A stretch of DNA of 32,000 nt, taken from NCBI GenBank assembly GCA_008080745.1, contig SHMX01000004.1, positions 384,704-416,703 on the forward strand. Direction: 5' to 3'. The translations under genes were made by a program, and so were the position numbers. Each line of letters begins with the position of its first letter. Within the stretch, counting starts at the first letter, position 1. This DNA is from Candidatus Thorarchaeota archaeon. GTDB lineage: Archaea > Asgardarchaeota > Thorarchaeia > Thorarchaeales > Thorarchaeaceae. Under the pieces are notes generated by a model. It was not told the DNA's origin. It saw only the letters and a program-made list of their open reading frames with translations, and ran no database searches. Positions 1 through 7,576 of the stretch are shown here, piece by piece.

Positions 1-2
1 TA

Positions 3-1073
3 GCGGTACTGGAGGTAAGTGATGCTGACCTAAGAATCGAAGGTATTCCATGTTGGATGAGTCGCTCTACACCTCCTGATGGTCTGGTTGCTGACTGTGT
101 GTATGTTGGGGGATTTCAGAACATAACTAACCTTGATTCTGATAACATTCAGGGAAACATCGTAGCGGTCATAATGGCACAACAATATCATCCAGACGTA
201 ATTGAAGCTTGGAAGAAACTATTTGCCATGAATCCTGCGGGTGTAATATTCTTAGATCGAGAACGAGATAATGCACCTCGAACCTACATGTACGAACCAT
301 TGAATGATATTTTCTCTAGTATTCCTTGTATGGTGATTCTTGCAAAAGAAGTTCATCACCATGAATCTATTTTTGGAAAAGAAGTTAGAATGTTTATCGA
401 GGGGAATCCAACTGAAGGAAAAATGCACATCGTTACTGCTGAGAAATCTGGCAAAGTATCTGAGACCATAGTTATCTGTGCCCACCACGACTCTCTCTAC
501 TTGACCGAAGGAGCTACCGACAATGCGGCTGGAGTTGCAATCATGCTGGAGGTTGCCAGATTCATCTCAAAGATGGATACTCACTATACATATAGGTTCA
601 TCTCATTTGGAGCAGAGGAGATGGAGATGAAGGGGTCTCGTTGGTATGTTGAAAGAGAAGATATATCCGATGTCGTCCTATGCATGAATTTCGATAGCAT
701 AGGTGCTCTACCTGGAATTGCTTTTCTAATTACAGGAGCAGACGAGTCATTCATTGGTTCCGTTTCTAAGATTACAGAACAGCATTACTATCCCTCTGAA
801 TGTAGAACTGCAGCAACTTCTGGTGGAGATAATATTGTCTTTGCTGCTCAAGGGATTCCCACTATCCATTTTGCATTCTTTGGATCCACAAGCAACAAAG
901 TAAGCCATAGTTATGCTGACAAACTTAGTCTTCTTAACGGGAAAGAATTGGTCATCATGTCTGATTTAGCTTGTAGATTAATAGAGGATATTGAGAATAG
1001 TCAGGAGTTAACAGAGGTAACAATACCTGATGATATGATTGAGTCAGCGAAGAATCGAATTGGAATTGATTAG
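3..1073 (+). CDS. M28-family zinc aminopeptidase with PA-like insert, 5'-partial
   Basis: Frame is open from base 3 (AVLEVSDADLRIEGIPCW precedes the ATG at 57), so the start lies outside the window. M28 metal-ligand motifs present: CAHHDS, GATDNAAG, FGAEE, NFDSIG and a C-terminal His (SHSYAD). Confidence 0.9.
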   Translation, partial: AVLEVSDADLRIEGIPCWMSRSTPPDGLVADCVYVGGFQNITNLDSDNIQGNIVAVIMAQQYHPDVIEAWKKLFAMNPAGVIFLDRERDNAPRTYMYEPLNDIFSSIPCMVILAKEVHHHESIFGKEVRMFIEGNPTEGKMHIVTAEKSGKVSETIVICAHHDSLYLTEGATDNAAGVAIMLEVARFISKMDTHYTYRFISFGAEEMEMKGSRWYVEREDISDVVLCMNFDSIGALPGIAFLITGADESFIGSVSKITEQHYYPSECRTAATSGGDNIVFAAQGIPTIHFAFFGSTSNKVSHSYADKLSLLNGKELVIMSDLACRLIEDIENSQELTEVTIPDDMIESAKNRIGID

Positions 1074-1083
1074 GAGATTGGAT

Positions 1084-1722
1084 TCATTTATACAAGTGAG
1101 TTGCAGTATAGGAATTCATTACTATGCTTTTAGAATCATGGTAGAAAATCAGTCTGGATATTTGAGCAGTGTATTCAAGCAAATTCGTTATGTTGCGTGA
1201 TTCAATGTTGTGAACCTTTTCAGGATGCCAGATTGATATCGGAGCCCAAGAATCGCTCTTCAGCATTTTCTCCAAGTTCTTCACGATTTCACTGGATAGA
1301 TTAAGTGAATCGAATATATCCATTTTCAACTTCTTCTTTACTACTCCATAAAGAATCAACGGAAGTGTCTTTTTTGTTCCTGTAGCATCAAGGATAACTG
1401 GTTCAACTGCAAGAATGTTGCCACTAAATGATTTTATTCCCTGAGCAGTTTCAACGCCTGCTTTGTGGATTTTTCCCTCAATCCGTTCCCCAAGTATTTT
1501 CTCTGGCCAATCCTGTTTCTTCCAGTGCTTGAACTCTTTTTTGGATATCCAAGTATTGTGCCAGTCATCAATCAGTTTCAGATCCATTGGAATAAGACTG
1601 TCCAGCTTGACCTCTCGACGGGCTTTCCCTTTCAACTCAATCATCATTCTGGTCTTCAATGTGACTACTCCTAACACTCTGCCCTGTTGTTTGTGGTGAA
1701 ACCAGATAAGGATTTTTTCCAC
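1084..1722 (-). CDS. Hypothetical soluble protein, 212 aa
   Basis: Long ORF with protein-like, Lys-rich composition, GTG start, ends convergent with the peptidase. No motif recognised. Confidence 0.7.
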   Translation of the reverse strand: MEKILIWFHHKQQGRVLGVVTLKTRMMIELKGKARREVKLDSLIPMDLKLIDDWHNTWISKKEFKHWKKQDWPEKILGERIEGKIHKAGVETAQGIKSFSGNILAVEPVILDATGTKKTLPLILYGVVKKKLKMDIFDSLNLSSEIVKNLEKMLKSDSWAPISIWHPEKVHNIESRNITNLLEYTAQISRLIFYHDSKSIVMNSYTATHLYK

Positions 1723-1790
1723 TCAGAATTCTCTTGGCTTTACATCTAATGAATTCGCTAGTGTTTCTAAACTTCTAATCCCAATCATGG

Positions 1791-2333
1791 TCAACTATCA
1801 GGTTCTGATTTGCTACTTTCTTGTTCATCTATGTGTGAATCGTCCTCTAACCATATGTTTTCTTCATATTCAGTCTTTTCTCTCAACAAGTATAATCCAA
1901 GCAATGCAGGAAACGGGGTGGGAATTGTGAGCATAACAGTCTCTAGGAATAGTCCACTGATCAACGGTAGGAGTATACGCATGAGAAATGTTAGTAATGG
2001 AATTGAAAGACTGAAGTATCCTACTTTCCGGAGTGTGTTTCGTGAGATTATGTTATCGTTTGCTCTGTATACTAGATAGAGGAACACAAAGATAATTTGC
2101 AATCCACCGTACCACATTGGTGGATATGGTTGAACGGCTCTCCAAGGGTACGGTGCATCTATTACAACCTCGTTTATTTTTATCTCGATCTCATAGAATA
2201 CCGAGGCTATACTCCAAGTGAAACGGCGATAGGTTATCTCTATTGGGGGAACCAAGAAAAGGAAAAGAAAAACAAGAGTCAGCAGACAAATTTCAGCCCA
2301 TTTGGAATAACTGCTTCCCTCGTTATTTGTCAT
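1791..2333 (-). CDS. Hypothetical membrane protein with about 4 TM segments and acidic C-tail
   Basis: Hydrophobic stretches ICLLTLVFLFLFLVPP, WYGGLQIIFVFLYLVY, YFSLSIPLLTFLMRILLPLISGLFL, LTIPTPFPALLGLYLL; acidic end (EEDDSHIDEQE-like). Confidence 0.75.
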   Translation of the reverse strand: MTNNEGSSYSKWAEICLLTLVFLFLFLVPPIEITYRRFTWSIASVFYEIEIKINEVVIDAPYPWRAVQPYPPMWYGGLQIIFVFLYLVYRANDNIISRNTLRKVGYFSLSIPLLTFLMRILLPLISGLFLETVMLTIPTPFPALLGLYLLREKTEYEENIWLEDDSHIDEQESSKSEPDS

Positions 2334-2675
2334 TTAACCACCACAATCTCAACCCAATTTGAGCTTTCTAATATATATCTTTATCCTTTTCAAAATTTCA
2401 ATCTCATATACTTTCAACCAAAATCCCTTTTAGAAAACATATTTAGATTTGAATAACCAATCAAAGATTAAAATCAAATAATATATTAACTTTTTAGAAC
2501 GTAAATTTAATAAAGGGTTACCAATCTTGGCCTTTAGAATTGGCTACATCACTCAGTTCAGGGATAGTAACCTATCCTGCTGGTAGATATTGTTGTTCAC
2601 TATTTGTAATCGTCAACTGCATGTGACGTAGATCAATTCCAAATGTATACTTACATGTAGAAGGAGATTAGATTA

Positions 2676-3047
2676 TTGTCCTACTTAGCAGACTTGATAA
2701 GACGTTTTAGTGATTCCAAAAGAACCGAGTTGGAATATCGGACATTGCTTGTTCTAGATATGATCGAATACAGTACAATGTATCCACCTGTGAATGCCAT
2801 AAAGGAGTCCGAACTAAATCTGGTGCAGAAGTGTATCGATGAGGTGGTCGATGATATTGAGGCCTCCAATGACCATATTCTCGCATGTAGGATTTACAAG
2901 ACTTGGAAAAAGCGTGAGCATATACTACAGCTTGCAGAACATGCGAATAGACTTACAGCTGATTTCATGGACCACATTATGTATCATCAAGAAATCCGAT
3001 GGATAAAAGAAACCAAGTCGGATATCTTAGAACTTTCATCAAGATGA
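2676..3047 (+). CDS. Hypothetical alpha-helical protein, 123 aa
   Basis: TTG start preceded by AGGAGA (about 2662-2667); amphipathic-helix pattern; no motif recognised. Confidence 0.65.
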   Translation: MSYLADLIRRFSDSKRTELEYRTLLVLDMIEYSTMYPPVNAIKESELNLVQKCIDEVVDDIEASNDHILACRIYKTWKKREHILQLAEHANRLTADFMDHIMYHQEIRWIKETKSDILELSSR

Positions 3048-3071
3048 AATTAAACGAAGGTGTTGGTGATA

Positions 3072-3668
3072 TCATTCAACAAATGTCGGATTAATCATGA
3101 GAAAGAAATTTTTCTCCCTACTAAATGGTTTCGAGTCAAGATATCTCTTTCTTAATCTCTCAATTTCATCATCAGGTGGGTCCCGGTAATCCCCGAGACC
3201 TCGATTTGTTGGTCTGTCACAGGCCCAATTTGGATTTCCCTGTGCAACCAATTTTCTGGTTTTTGCTTCGAAGATCTTGTATCCTTTGGTCAGAATTCCA
3301 ATCAGCTCTTGGAATCTTTTATCACCTGCACAATCGGTTCCACAGGTCCCTCCGAAGGTTTCAAGAGGATAAAGCACACACCCCTCGGGTCTATAGGGAT
3401 AGATGCTGCACCCTCTGTGCTTTACAAAAAACGGACACGGGCTCTCTCTTCGGGCCTTTTTTGAGAGGTACTTGTATTCCAACTGTTCAACGGATATGAA
3501 GAGATAGTCTGCAATCTCCTGTTTAGTACCTGCAAGTATGCTTGGCGGAAACTCAGTACAGCAATTCCCACATTGTTTACAGACATAGGGGATCCGTAAA
3601 GTAAACCTCTCTCCATTGTCTGCTATCAAAATGAATTCCTTGTACAGGAGCACATCAAAGAAATCCAT
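3072..3668 (-). CDS. YkgJ/UPF0153-type cysteine-cluster (Zn or Fe-S binding) protein
   Basis: CKQCGNCC, PCPFF, GCSIYPYRPEGCVLYP and CGTDC: the CxxCxxCC...C..F...CxIYxxRPxxCxxYP family pattern. Confidence 0.85.
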   Translation of the reverse strand: MDFFDVLLYKEFILIADNGERFTLRIPYVCKQCGNCCTEFPPSILAGTKQEIADYLFISVEQLEYKYLSKKARRESPCPFFVKHRGCSIYPYRPEGCVLYPLETFGGTCGTDCAGDKRFQELIGILTKGYKIFEAKTRKLVAQGNPNWACDRPTNRGLGDYRDPPDDEIERLRKRYLDSKPFSREKNFFLMINPTFVE

Positions 3669-3730
3669 CTTTAACCACTTAGAAGTGTAATTCTTCTCTT
3701 ATGGGTTCTTTGATTTGCCAAAATATTCTG

Positions 3731-4978
3731 TCATCTGGTATGTTTTAGAACAGCCAGATGCTCGGTCTTCATTCTCTCATCTTTCAATCCTGAAGCAGGA
3801 TTTACTTTGGATTTGAACATGACTCTGGATACGATCGTATCGACATAGGTCATTTCATGCTTCCACCCCTCCTGAGTCAAATGTTCAATCAGTATCTCAT
3901 CGATTGGAATCTCTGTTGTGCGAATCTTCGCAGGACCGACAAAAATACACATTCGGTTTCTGACCTTTTTGCCAACCCTGGAAAATGTGCCTATCATTGC
4001 ATGGAAGTATCGATCATATAGTAATCTCAGATGGTCTTCTTTGATTTGTTCTCGATATTTGTAATAGGTCTCGGAGTTGATTTCAACTTCCTTCACTTCA
4101 TTGTATGGAATCTCTTTTCTCCCAAGTGCTCTGATGTCCTTGTCAGTGTGACCTAACCAATAGAGTTCGAGTTTTGTAGAACGAATGTATTCCTGTGCCT
4201 GCAGGTACGGTGGAGATGTGATTAGTATATCCACCTCTTCATCCAGATCAGTGTTCAGGGTATCTATCCCACACTTTATGCGATACGAAACATCTTGTGG
4301 GTTTAGCGTAGAATACTCCTTAATGCCATCCATCAATTTCCTAACTTCATCTTCCAACTTCTTGTAGAACAGAGACTTCCAATCCTTTTTTCTTAGCTCT
4401 TTGATCTTTCTCTTTGCGAATTTTGATTTGTAGAGCTTGTGGGTCTTCTCATCGCTCCAGGAAAAAAAGCGAGTTGTTTTCACCAGTGGTATCTTTAGAA
4501 GCAGGGATTCGTTGTATTCAAGTGAGTGGACATAACCCCATGCTCTTGATATCATGGGAACGAACTCTTCTGGAAACCAGTACTCCATGCGCGACCATTT
4601 GGGGATGAATTCAAGTTTTGATGTTTTCAACTCTTGAATCAGACTATCGATACCTATCTTTGATTGTTCCATAATTGCAGTATCATGGATTAATTTCATC
4701 AAGGGGTTAAGATCCCACAGGACATAATCATACCCATAGACTTTGGAAACGAGACCTGTTGTACCATAACCACCGAAAGGATCAAAGATAACATCATTTT
4801 TCTCTGCGAATTTCTTTATGGGATATGCTACAATTTGAGGGATGAATTTTGCTGGATATCCATAGATTCCAAAAGTCCCGTATGTTGTTCGTGGGATTTC
4901 AGGAATAAGGTCTCGGAACCTAACTTCAATTCGTTCAGAGTCTTTACTTTGATCTAATTCCTGAGTCCCCTCTTTCAT
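3731..4978 (-). CDS. Orphan amino-type DNA methyltransferase, probably N4-cytosine, alpha-class motif order
   Basis: Motif X-like GIYGYPAKFIPQ, motif I DPFGGYGTT, then catalytic motif IV ITSPPY. SPPY is typical of m4C enzymes. No endonuclease gene adjacent. Confidence 0.85.
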   Translation of the reverse strand: MKEGTQELDQSKDSERIEVRFRDLIPEIPRTTYGTFGIYGYPAKFIPQIVAYPIKKFAEKNDVIFDPFGGYGTTGLVSKVYGYDYVLWDLNPLMKLIHDTAIMEQSKIGIDSLIQELKTSKLEFIPKWSRMEYWFPEEFVPMISRAWGYVHSLEYNESLLLKIPLVKTTRFFSWSDEKTHKLYKSKFAKRKIKELRKKDWKSLFYKKLEDEVRKLMDGIKEYSTLNPQDVSYRIKCGIDTLNTDLDEEVDILITSPPYLQAQEYIRSTKLELYWLGHTDKDIRALGRKEIPYNEVKEVEINSETYYKYREQIKEDHLRLLYDRYFHAMIGTFSRVGKKVRNRMCIFVGPAKIRTTEIPIDEILIEHLTQEGWKHEMTYVDTIVSRVMFKSKVNPASGLKDERMKTEHLAVLKHTR

Positions 4979-5156
4979 ACTATCATCTTCAACTAATTCA
5001 GAGCATGTCCTATTTTAATATCATTCATTATATTGAATCGGATGTGATACTGGATATTTGCATTGACTGATGATCCAATTTTCAAGAATGCATAGTAACA
5101 CAAATTTAAAAAAGGTGTTACCCTGTCTACACCCATCACTCTGAGAGGAACCTACC

Positions 5157-6386
5157 TTGTTTCTGACTGATTATAGCAAAAAGATGATGACGAAGACCTT
5201 TCGCAAGACTATCTACCAATTTACAGAAACTCCCTCCCCTGTCTTTAGCGATAGATTTGGGGTCTATCTTCATGTCCCATTCTGTCACACAAAGTGTACT
5301 TTCTGTCCCTTCTACAAAGAACTCTATGATGCTGAATTGAAAGATAGGTATGTTGAAGCTATGGTCAAAGAGATTAGTAATACCGATATACAAGGAGAAT
5401 CAGAGTGGATTTACTTTGGTGGCGGTACACCAAATACCCTGAGCATTGAAGAATTACAAACTATCTTAGAAGCCTTGCAAGGAAAAATGACACTCTCCAA
5501 CATTGGAATAGAGCTTCTTCCATCTCTCGTCACCATGGAATATCTTGATGGTCTCAGAGAGATTGGATTTTCAAAAATCAGCATAGGTATTGAGACATTT
5601 CAGGAAGAGAGCATTAAGAAGACTGGAAGAAAAGGAAGTTCCTTCCAACATATTTCTGATATCATTCAATATGCTCAGTCTATAGGTCTCCACGTTGCAG
5701 TAGACCTCATGATTGGACTACCAGGTCAGACCTCTGAGACCTTTGATGATGACATTGAAAAAATCATTCGGATTGGTCCCGACCAAATAACTATCTATCC
5801 CTATATGGTGATAAGAAATGTTTCTGCGGTTCCAAGCTGTTCTACTGCTGAGCAATTTGTACACATAGAACGCGCTGCTGCAAATCTCGAGAAGTCGGGA
5901 TATGAGAGAAAATCCGTGTGGATCTTTGTTCTACCAAATACTGATGACAGAGATGTCTATGACTCATCAAAGGACGAACTCATCAGTGATTATTGTGGCT
6001 TTGGCCCTGCGTCATTTTCTACCTACGGTGGTTTCAAAGTCGTCAAGCCAGAGTTAGATGTGTGGTTAGAAGGAATTGCATCAGGCAATCTTCAATCCTT
6101 TGTAGCTCCCAAGACCAAGAGCACAGATGATTGGAGACGGTTTGCAAATCGAATATATGATTTGAAATTGGAAACCTCTTACAAGTTTCCATTGTATATT
6201 CGATTCTTTGACTTTATTTTGAGGATGTCTGGATACCACAAAGATGGATACCTCACTGACAAGGGTCGGTATTTCTCACACGAGATAACTAAAGCTGTTG
6301 TGGAATCTCTGCCGTTTCCCCTGCAAGATCCGTCCTGTGTAGAAAACTTTCATGAGTATCTGGAATTGAAAAAGGAGATTAATTAA
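5157..6386 (+). CDS. HemN-like (coproporphyrinogen III oxidase family) radical SAM protein
   Basis: GVYLHVPFCHTKCTFCPFY (CxxxCxxC), IYFGGGTP, DLMIGLPGQT. TTG start with GAGG about 9 nt upstream; ATG at 5184 is an alternative. Confidence 0.88.
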   Translation: MFLTDYSKKMMTKTFRKTIYQFTETPSPVFSDRFGVYLHVPFCHTKCTFCPFYKELYDAELKDRYVEAMVKEISNTDIQGESEWIYFGGGTPNTLSIEELQTILEALQGKMTLSNIGIELLPSLVTMEYLDGLREIGFSKISIGIETFQEESIKKTGRKGSSFQHISDIIQYAQSIGLHVAVDLMIGLPGQTSETFDDDIEKIIRIGPDQITIYPYMVIRNVSAVPSCSTAEQFVHIERAAANLEKSGYERKSVWIFVLPNTDDRDVYDSSKDELISDYCGFGPASFSTYGGFKVVKPELDVWLEGIASGNLQSFVAPKTKSTDDWRRFANRIYDLKLETSYKFPLYIRFFDFILRMSGYHKDGYLTDKGRYFSHEITKAVVESLPFPLQDPSCVENFHEYLELKKEIN

Positions 6387-6741
6387 TTCGATACAGTCTC
6401 AATATTCTCACCAAATTTTTAGCATAAGCATCTAGTGTAGACATCTTGTTACCATTTTTCATAATGTCGCTTCAGCCTTAATTTCTACTCAATCTGCTCA
6501 TCACAAAAAATTCTCGTTCGATAGAAAATCCCAATCTTATTTTCGAAGGTACGACATTTTGGACACTATACACAGTGCTATAAGGGATTGAATCACATCT
6601 GAGGACACAGGAAAAACAATCAAGCGCGCTTTCGCCTTAAGAGTTCGTGGTTAGAAGATCACAATTGTTCTCCCCAGATGATTCCGCTATTTTTTGAAAG
6701 ACCTGAGATCAATTATGCTTTGGCATAAGTGAGTGATACAT

Positions 6742-7251
6742 ATGAGTTACGATAGAGAACCTGTAGAGGTTAAAGTGGCTGAACTGAAGCCACAAATGAA
6801 GAACCTGACTATTACATTCAAACTTGTTGAGTTAGGTGAAGAACGTGAAGTTTCATCCCGCCGTGATGGTGAAACCCACCGTGTGTTAGACGCAATTGTT
6901 GGTGATTCGACGGGTACTGTAGCTGTTCCCCTATGGGATGATAGTATTGATAGTGTTGAAATTGGGGAAACATACCTCCTCAAAAATGGATACACTGGTC
7001 TGTTCAAAGGAAATTTGAGATTGAACATTGGAAAATATGGAGAACTTAGTCCATCGAATGATGCTATTGAAGAAGTCGATACTGAGAACGATATGTCCCA
7101 AGAAGAGCACGAAGATACTCGCAGGCGCTATGGCGGTGGAGATCGACGTGGGGGCGGTGGAGATCGACGTGGAGGCGGTGGAGGACATCGTGGAGGCAGA
7201 GGTGGCAGCTACGGTGGAAGAGACCGTCGTAGTGGTGGACGTAGCTACTAA
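6742..7251 (+). CDS. ssb: Single OB-fold single-stranded DNA-binding protein (crenarchaeal SSB/hSSB1 type) with RGG-rich C-tail
   Basis: KVAELKP...VGDSTGTVAVPLWD...YLLKNGYTGLFKGNLRLNIGKYG OB-fold pattern. Start placed at ATG 6742 behind GTGAGTGA; the ORF track starts at 6733. Confidence 0.9.
   Translation: MSYDREPVEVKVAELKPQMKNLTITFKLVELGEEREVSSRRDGETHRVLDAIVGDSTGTVAVPLWDDSIDSVEIGETYLLKNGYTGLFKGNLRLNIGKYGELSPSNDAIEEVDTENDMSQEEHEDTRRRYGGGDRRGGGGDRRGGGGGHRGGRGGSYGGRDRRSGGRSY
7132..7194 (+). repeat. Three 21-nt in-frame tandem repeats encoding GGGDRRG/GGGDRRG/GGGGHRG
   Basis: Units ggcggtggagatcgacgtggg, ggcggtggagatcgacgtgga and ggcggtggaggacatcgtgga read directly from the sequence. Confidence 0.9.
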
Positions 7252-7280
7252 TTCACAAATTCTCACAAAGATTAGATTTG

Positions 7281-7317
7281 GGTGAGTTGGAAAAACTCGC
7301 CTATCTTACTATTTTTT
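7281..7317 (+). terminator. Hairpin plus T-tract after ssb
   Basis: GGTGAGTT (7281-7288) pairs with AACTCGCC (7294-7301) with one G-U pair, followed by TATTTTTT. Confidence 0.55.
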
Positions 7318-7576
7318 GATGTTATCTTCTTATTTTCTACTTTGCTTCATGAAGATTATTTTCTAGTCATTACTGCACTGATAAAAATATCACATATGTA
7401 TGAAATTATTACTCGCATAAATGGTTCAATTAGGAAAGAATCAATCAAGGAAGCTTATCAATAAAACACCATAATCCTAATATAATATCATATCATTAAA
7501 TATCGTCAAGCTTCTCTATTTTTCGCAAATGTTTATATTCCTTCAAAAATGGCAGGAAGTTGGTGGAGATATAGGA

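Noticed and set aside
2559-2656. Small hairpin GGATAG-TAAC-CTATCC and palindrome ATGTA-TACT-TACAT in the intergenic gap
   Set aside because: Five- to six-bp stems are expected by chance in AT-rich DNA; no second copy or known motif.
6931-7285. Ser/Thr-rich antisense ORF and VEIDV-repeat frameshifted ORF over ssb
   Set aside because: Both are by-products of the 21-nt RGG repeat read in other frames.
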